In this document: positions 24,901 to 29,159 of the stretch, piece by piece | Layout: each line of letters opens with the position of its first letter | Position numbering within the stretch: the stretch's first letter is position 1 | Virus record (IMG/VR): IMGVR_UViG_3300026453_000028 | Location: 1 to 29,159 of that record | DNA length: 29,159 nucleotides | Strand: one strand, 5' to 3' | DNA from: a virus | Lineage: Duplodnaviria > Caudoviricetes | Made by a program: the position numbers and the translations under genes | The notes under the pieces: model-generated | Seen by the model: only the letters and a program-made list of their open reading frames with translations | Database searches by the model: none | What the model was told of the DNA's origin: nothing

Positions 24901-27900
24901 CTCATACTAATGGGAATAGTATTACTTATTCATCAGGGGCAAACTTAGTAGCAAATAGCATACAAATAAAGAAAGTTGGCTCTTCTGATACCTTAAAAAT
25001 TGATATTGCTAGAAAAGATACTAACGATGATGGAGTTATAGATGGCCCAAGTAAGGTATTTACCTTTGACGGGAACCCTATAGTTAAAAAAGTAACTGCA
25101 AATCATGGGGATGCAGGGGCTACTTCTGGATATAGTTTATACGATGCTGACGATGTAAAATATTGGCGCTATGTGGGCTGGGAAGCTCAAAACCAGCGAC
25201 ATGCTACACGTCATCAAACAAACGCAATTATTGATACTGCCGCACCTATTTTTGACAATATTAATAGTATGTTGAAACATTTCAACGGAATATTACGATA
25301 TTCTGCAGGTAAATATAATCTTTCTGTAATGACAGAAGCAGGGCCTTCAACTTCTGTAACTGTAGATGGAACAACTTATAAAGTAGAAGAGATTGACGAA
25401 GGTGATATTATTGGCTCAATCTCTGTAGAAGATGCAGGACAAAAAGGAACATATAATTCTGTTGACGTAAGTATTAATGACCCTCAAAACCGTTTTGAAG
25501 GTCGTAGTGTTAATATGTTTAACTCAGAGTACTTAAAGCAAGATAGAATGGTTCCTCGAAAAGGAAACTTTCAGGCTCCCTATGTTACAAACTACTTTAA
25601 CGCTAGAATAAATGCAAAACAGTATCTTGATCAGTCACGCTCAGGGTTAAAGATTAACTTTACAATGGGACCTCGAGGAGCTTTGCTTCTTGCGGGTGAA
25701 GTAATACGAATTACTTACCCTCGTTTTGGATGGACGAATAAAACTTATAGAATTACTAATCTTACTGTAAAGCAGGACTGTTTAGTACAGATTACAGCGG
25801 AAGAGCACGAAGATAGCACGTATCTTATTGCAGCTTCTGACAGAGGTGCAATTACTCCAGCAGAAGGAGGACTCGCTCCAAATGCAAAGCCACCTTCTCC
25901 TTCAGCATTAACAGCTACTAATAATAATCGAGGAGGTATTGTACTTAATTGGACAAATTCTAGTTCGTTTAATGTTGATACTCATCAAACTCAAATATGG
26001 AGATCAACTTCAAACTCTGTAGTAAATGGAGAACTGATAGCGACAGTTGACGGCACAACCTTTACAGATCCAATCGTAGAGGGGGGAGCAAATACTCGAT
26101 ACTATTGGATTCGTCATGTTGTAACTACTCAAACTAGAGGAAACACAGGCACACAACAGAAGAAAGTATTTTCAAGCTATCATCCTAGTAATTTATTTAA
26201 TGGAGTTACTGGTGTTTCGGAAGACAACCGAGGAGAAAAGGGTGAAATAGGCTCCAAAGGAAGTGCTGGTACAAAAGGTGAAACTGGAGACGATGGAACT
26301 TCTGTATCAATTATTGGAAATATTGCAACAGTAGGAGCAACTCCTCAAACTGCTTTAAATAATGCTTTCTCGTCTGCACAAGCAGGGGAAGGTGTTATTG
26401 CAGATGACACAGGTAATCTGTGGGTATATAATGGTACAAGCTGGAACAATGTAGGACAAATAAAAGGGGACAAAGGAAATACAGGGTCCAAGGGCATTAT
26501 AGGCCCTAAAGGAGAGGATGGTACAAAAGGAGATACTGGTACAAAAGGAGATACTGGTACAAAAGGTACAAAAGGTACAACAGGTATAAAAGGTACAAAA
26601 GGAGTAGCAGGAGCTAAAGGTACTCCTGGGGGTATCGGCGAAAAAGGTAGTAAAGGTGGAGAAGGTGATAAAGGTGGAGTCGGCGATAAAGGAGATACTG
26701 GCGATAAAGGATTTAAAGGCGAGATAGGCCCTAAGGGAGACCAAGGTCTCAAAGGAGACACTGGAGATAAAGGCCTCAAAGGCGCTATAGGTGTTAAAGG
26801 CGATCAAGGTCTTAAAGGTACTACAGGTGAACAAGGCGCTAAAGGTGATGTAGGTGTTAAAGGTGATCAAGGCCTTAAAGGTATTGTTGGTGAACAAGGC
26901 GCTAAAGGTGCTGTAGGTGTTAAAGGTGACCAAGGGCTTAAAGGTACTACAGGCGAGCAAGGCGCTAAAGGTGATGTAGGCGTTAAGGGCGATCAGGGTC
27001 TAAAGGGTACTACTGGGGATAAAGGTGTCAAAGGTGCTATAGGCGTTAAAGGTGATCAAGGCCTTAAAGGTACTACAGGTGAGCAAGGCGCTAAAGGTGA
27101 TGTAGGTGTTAAAGGCGATCAAGGTCTTAAAGGTATTGTTGGTGAACAAGGCGCTAAAGGTGCTATAGGCGTTAAAGGTGATCAAGGCCTCAAAGGTATT
27201 GTTGGGGAACAAGGCGCTAAAGGTGATGTAGGTGTTAAAGGTGACCAAGGCCTCAAAGGTACTACAGGCGAGCAAGGCGCTAAAGGTGCTGTAGGTGTTA
27301 AAGGTGATCAAGGTCTTAAAGGTATTGTCGGAGAGCAAGGTGCCAAAGGTGCTATAGGCGTTAAGGGCGATCAGGGTCTCAAGGGTACTGCGGGCGACAA
27401 AGGCCTCAAGGGGGATTTAGGGCCGAAAGGAGACCAAGGGCCTAAAGGTGGTGTAGGAGATGCGGGTGCAAAAGGCGTACTAGGTGTTAAAGGTGACCAA
27501 GGTGATAAAGGTGGAGAAGGTGATAAAGGTCTTAAGGGTGATTTAGGACCGAAAGGAGACCAAGGGCCTAAAGGAGGCGTGGGGGATACCGGGGCTAAGG
27601 GCTCTACAGGTGCCAAAGGTACTACAGGTCCAAAGGGTCTAGGAGGAGACGCAGGCGATAAAGGCACTAAAGGAGAAACAGGTCCTAAAGGCGGAACAGG
27701 AATTAAAGGCGATCCTGGCGAAGATGTACTTATTATTTACTATGATGGCCTTAATGACGATCTCTTCAAGCCGCCAGTTCTTTCTGATTTAACACTGTCT
27801 GGAACCCAAGCAGCATCAGGCAGTATTGCAGATTCAGGATTATTTAGTGTTACAAATCGTGGCTTAGATGTCGTAATGTCTTGTGACGTTATTCTTCCAG

Positions 27901-29159
27901 CAACAATTTCTGGAACAAATAATCACGTTATCTTTGAGAAAGGCGGCTCAGGTATAGGCGCTATAATTGGTGTAATTTACGAAGATAATGTACACAAGTT
28001 TTATGCTAGAGCAGGCGACGGTGCAAGTTCAACAACTGCAACAAATAATGATACAGTTATTACGAAAAAGCCCATTTCTGAAATATCTTTCTTTGATGGA
28101 AATTCACACACAGTTACTTGGCAGTTTGAAATTAACCCCGGAAGACTATGGGTATGGATTGATGATTATCCAGTATTTTTCCAAGAAACGTTAAACTCGT
28201 CTTCTTTAGATAGCAGTCTATGGGCAGGCTCAGGAGGAGGAAATTATTTAACAGGAACAGCTTCTGATGTTGGGGGCTTAAGTTTTGTTACTTGGCCAAA
28301 TACTACAGGTGCTTCTAGTCTTAGCGTTTACAACAATCAACTTGGCGCACAAACGCTAAGCAGAAACACTAAACCTGCTCCTCCTCGTATGGACGGAGGA
28401 AGCACTGCTATTTCATCTGGTTTCCGTATTACAGACCAAGACGGTTTTAATACAGATTGGTACACAGAAGCGGCAGTATTGACAGACTGGTATTTTGTTG
28501 CAAGTGCGGTTGTTGCTGGATTTACTGAAGCGCCTTCTAATGAATGGACTGTTAGTGGCTACTTACAAGGAGAAAAAGGCGAAACAGGAGTAAAAGGAGA
28601 GCCAGGAGTCAAAGGTGCTAAAGGTGGTCCAGGTGCTACAGGGGCTAAAGGTGCTACAGGTGATACCGGTGATAAAGGCGCTAAAGGCGGCACGGGTGCT
28701 GAAGGTGTTAAAGGCGCTACTGGTGATCCGGGTTCTAAAGGTTCTAAAGGTGGAACGGGCGCTGGCGGTCCAAAAGGTACAGCAGGTGACCCAGGTGCTA
28801 AAGGTTCTAAAGGTGGAACGGGCGCTGGCGGTCCAAAAGGTACAGCAGGTGACCCAGGTGCTAAAGGTTCTAAAGGTGGAACGGGTGCTGGCGGTCCAAA
28901 AGGTACAGCAGGTGACCCAGGCGCTAAAGGTTCTAAAGGTGGAACGGGCGCTGGCGGTCCAAAAGGTACAGCAGGTGACCCAGGCGCTAAAGGTTCTAAA
29001 GGTGGAACGGGTGCTGGCGGTCCAAAAGGTACAGCAGGTGACCCAGGTGCTAAAGGTTCTAAAGGTGGAACGGGTGCTGGCGGTCCAAAAGGTACAGCAG
29101 GTGACCCAGGTGCTAAAGGTTCTAAAGGTGGAACGGGTGCTGGCGGTCCAAAAGGTACA
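21927..29159 (+). CDS. Giant baseplate hub (T5 pb3-like)-FNIII-collagen-LamG-like-collagen fusion, >2411 aa, running off the window (not in the ORF track)
   Basis: TAATG-coupled ATG 21927 (MPIRSLNADL). I found no stop in the segments translated, and the track lists no closed ORF in this frame. pb3-like motifs FNLEAKYLPVVYG, LLDTAY, QLLDYL and YWRYVGW; FNIII ~25890-26120; Gly-X-Y tracts in the same frame. Confidence 0.9.
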   Translation, partial: MPIRSLNADLRDALLREDSFVYAHLVKFERPKNIDGDEPERALTDYIYLTDGSFDISYDDTDDSTSNPQTYIANKVLKVGAVSETIEARATNFTLQIDATALNTTLEDSLTITTSTITSSENLVAEGFREGDIVELVASSGSNKGKLVRINSFSTNNTVANVTALENALTAETGTYTLTFKNPEVEGIITDRTGNGYARYINRDVFVYKAFINPETGEIIGEPYTLFKGIIAGGKIAEDPMKGSTVTWNITSHWGDFTRVQGRLTSDSHHRALDQNNIPDPEAAIRPAYTSDLGFLHSEQAINLVAIYQVKETRTKMKMKRKWYGSKKYKLIEYQVEVDREADLRFNLEAKYLPVVYGVNKIDSIPVFVDTLNNDAKQVFVAYAICEGQIGGLYDIYFDDTSSICIDENDKDTRSTQTAENTIDVLCQGRADRGDVLTSQNINSSNLDTALSGLYSWPFDGSWADRREFAESFRREYPYFTPLADSSISGGATSQGAGITHEKGTKFTTPIDAVLTFHAGKSDQKANSTLLSNSSNFKIATDYYTGDDPYWGAQHQLLDTAYTVAKYTIGEGETTIPSLDFVVRGKGVNCYNYDFSYADDLAHTDDSTAFNIGQKVNLKATDDDSLLQSNIQIADIYTITNINGNLEARIRFATKPALGTKTAFYLTDGTNNYHLLTYDHEENTGIVPAILQEEITSQANTTVSSGTGIDVTVGNGSPSSAMEFALTQSDFASIAAEVTGTAPGFRSDQLHQFYLPENYTPNSGIIQDIGTTQTDAEDVVSEFITVLDGIQLASTASSTNDAYNLRFIEVTHNFEDGSSRIENRVIADYDGTTKVAMVNTPFDQAPAQGDTYKIFSTQPDIRVSTNPAMQLLDYLVDDRFGRALDIDIDVDKESFFSAARECDTRSNIFMVAESQPTNGDEYYYEAFSGGKVLWQGTVKSSSAVTIYTGLTHYLVEFENVFGKIAHRHENWKSWYQGELYYYGGKLHKVPNTHTNGNSITYSSGANLVANSIQIKKVGSSDTLKIDIARKDTNDDGVIDGPSKVFTFDGNPIVKKVTANHGDAGATSGYSLYDADDVKYWRYVGWEAQNQRHATRHQTNAIIDTAAPIFDNINSMLKHFNGILRYSAGKYNLSVMTEAGPSTSVTVDGTTYKVEEIDEGDIIGSISVEDAGQKGTYNSVDVSINDPQNRFEGRSVNMFNSEYLKQDRMVPRKGNFQAPYVTNYFNARINAKQYLDQSRSGLKINFTMGPRGALLLAGEVIRITYPRFGWTNKTYRITNLTVKQDCLVQITAEEHEDSTYLIAASDRGAITPAEGGLAPNAKPPSPSALTATNNNRGGIVLNWTNSSSFNVDTHQTQIWRSTSNSVVNGELIATVDGTTFTDPIVEGGANTRYYWIRHVVTTQTRGNTGTQQKKVFSSYHPSNLFNGVTGVSEDNRGEKGEIGSKGSAGTKGETGDDGTSVSIIGNIATVGATPQTALNNAFSSAQAGEGVIADDTGNLWVYNGTSWNNVGQIKGDKGNTGSKGIIGPKGEDGTKGDTGTKGDTGTKGTKGTTGIKGTKGVAGAKGTPGGIGEKGSKGGEGDKGGVGDKGDTGDKGFKGEIGPKGDQGLKGDTGDKGLKGAIGVKGDQGLKGTTGEQGAKGDVGVKGDQGLKGIVGEQGAKGAVGVKGDQGLKGTTGEQGAKGDVGVKGDQGLKGTTGDKGVKGAIGVKGDQGLKGTTGEQGAKGDVGVKGDQGLKGIVGEQGAKGAIGVKGDQGLKGIVGEQGAKGDVGVKGDQGLKGTTGEQGAKGAVGVKGDQGLKGIVGEQGAKGAIGVKGDQGLKGTAGDKGLKGDLGPKGDQGPKGGVGDAGAKGVLGVKGDQGDKGGEGDKGLKGDLGPKGDQGPKGGVGDTGAKGSTGAKGTTGPKGLGGDAGDKGTKGETGPKGGTGIKGDPGEDVLIIYYDGLNDDLFKPPVLSDLTLSGTQAASGSIADSGLFSVTNRGLDVVMSCDVILPATISGTNNHVIFEKGGSGIGAIIGVIYEDNVHKFYARAGDGASSTTATNNDTVITKKPISEISFFDGNSHTVTWQFEINPGRLWVWIDDYPVFFQETLNSSSLDSSLWAGSGGGNYLTGTASDVGGLSFVTWPNTTGASSLSVYNNQLGAQTLSRNTKPAPPRMDGGSTAISSGFRITDQDGFNTDWYTEAAVLTDWYFVASAVVAGFTEAPSNEWTVSGYLQGEKGETGVKGEPGVKGAKGGPGATGAKGATGDTGDKGAKGGTGAEGVKGATGDPGSKGSKGGTGAGGPKGTAGDPGAKGSKGGTGAGGPKGTAGDPGAKGSKGGTGAGGPKGTAGDPGAKGSKGGTGAGGPKGTAGDPGAKGSKGGTGAGGPKGTAGDPGAKGSKGGTGAGGPKGTAGDPGAKGSKGGTGAGGPKGT
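26718..27599 (+). repeat. 63-nt (21-aa) tandem repeat, ~14 units, inside a 140-triplet collagen tract (26466-27725)
   Basis: Consensus G(A/D)(I/V)-GVK-GDQ-GLK-G(TT/IV)-GEQ-GAK. The best-conserved units start at 26781, 26844 ... 27348. Confidence 0.9.
28740..29159 (+). repeat. Near-perfect 63-nt tandem repeat, 6 units plus 42 nt, truncated by the window
   Basis: Unit GSK-GGT-GAG-GPK-GTA-GDP-GAK starting at 28740, 28803 ... 29118; units differ only by synonymous GGC/GGT changes. Confidence 0.95.

Noticed and set aside
26345-27667. Minus-strand Pro/Ser-rich and Phe/Thr-rich repetitive ORFs
   Set aside because: Antisense shadows of the Gly-X-Lys collagen repeats.
23047-28194. Short plus-strand ORFs at 23047, 23392 and 27988
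   Set aside because: Out-of-frame fragments inside the giant ORF starting at 21927.
28740-29159. Regular repeats as a possible CRISPR array
   Set aside because: Head-to-tail units with no unique spacers; in-frame coding with only synonymous variation.
1-29159. tRNA genes, introns, inteins, integrase or stop-codon reassignment
   Set aside because: None seen by eye. Core genes have expected lengths and end normally at TAA, TGA or TAG; no covariance search was possible.

Overview
The window is the + strand virion morphogenesis module of a T5-like siphophage (Demerecviridae-like gene order). It contains terminase small and large subunits, an HNH nickase-like gene, portal, prohead protease and major capsid, head and tail completion proteins, tail tube, baseplate tube, tail chaperones, tape measure, distal tail protein and a baseplate hub. 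Family calls come from motifs, synteny and my recollection of T5 proteins, not from database searches. Main departures from the T5 plan: (1) 13 small genes lie between terS and terL. They include four Lys/Arg-rich mini-proteins (one missed by the ORF track, with an AT-hook-like motif) joined by a duplicated overlapping-gene junction, a LapG/transglutaminase-like cysteine protease, an EF-hand membrane protein, an extra lipoprotein and spanins. (2) Protease and capsid form one ORF with an internal RBS and hairpins. (3) A >2,411-codon ORF from 21927 to the window end, absent from the ORF track, fuses a pb3-like hub to FNIII, a LamG-like domain and long Pro-poor collagen tracts built from two different 63-nt repeats. 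(4) Three sigma70 promoters share a fixed-spacing upstream motif, and two appear leaderless. (5) The tail chaperones are offset by +1, with a UUU-CGU site. (6) A pilin/chaperone-like secreted operon lies upstream of terS.
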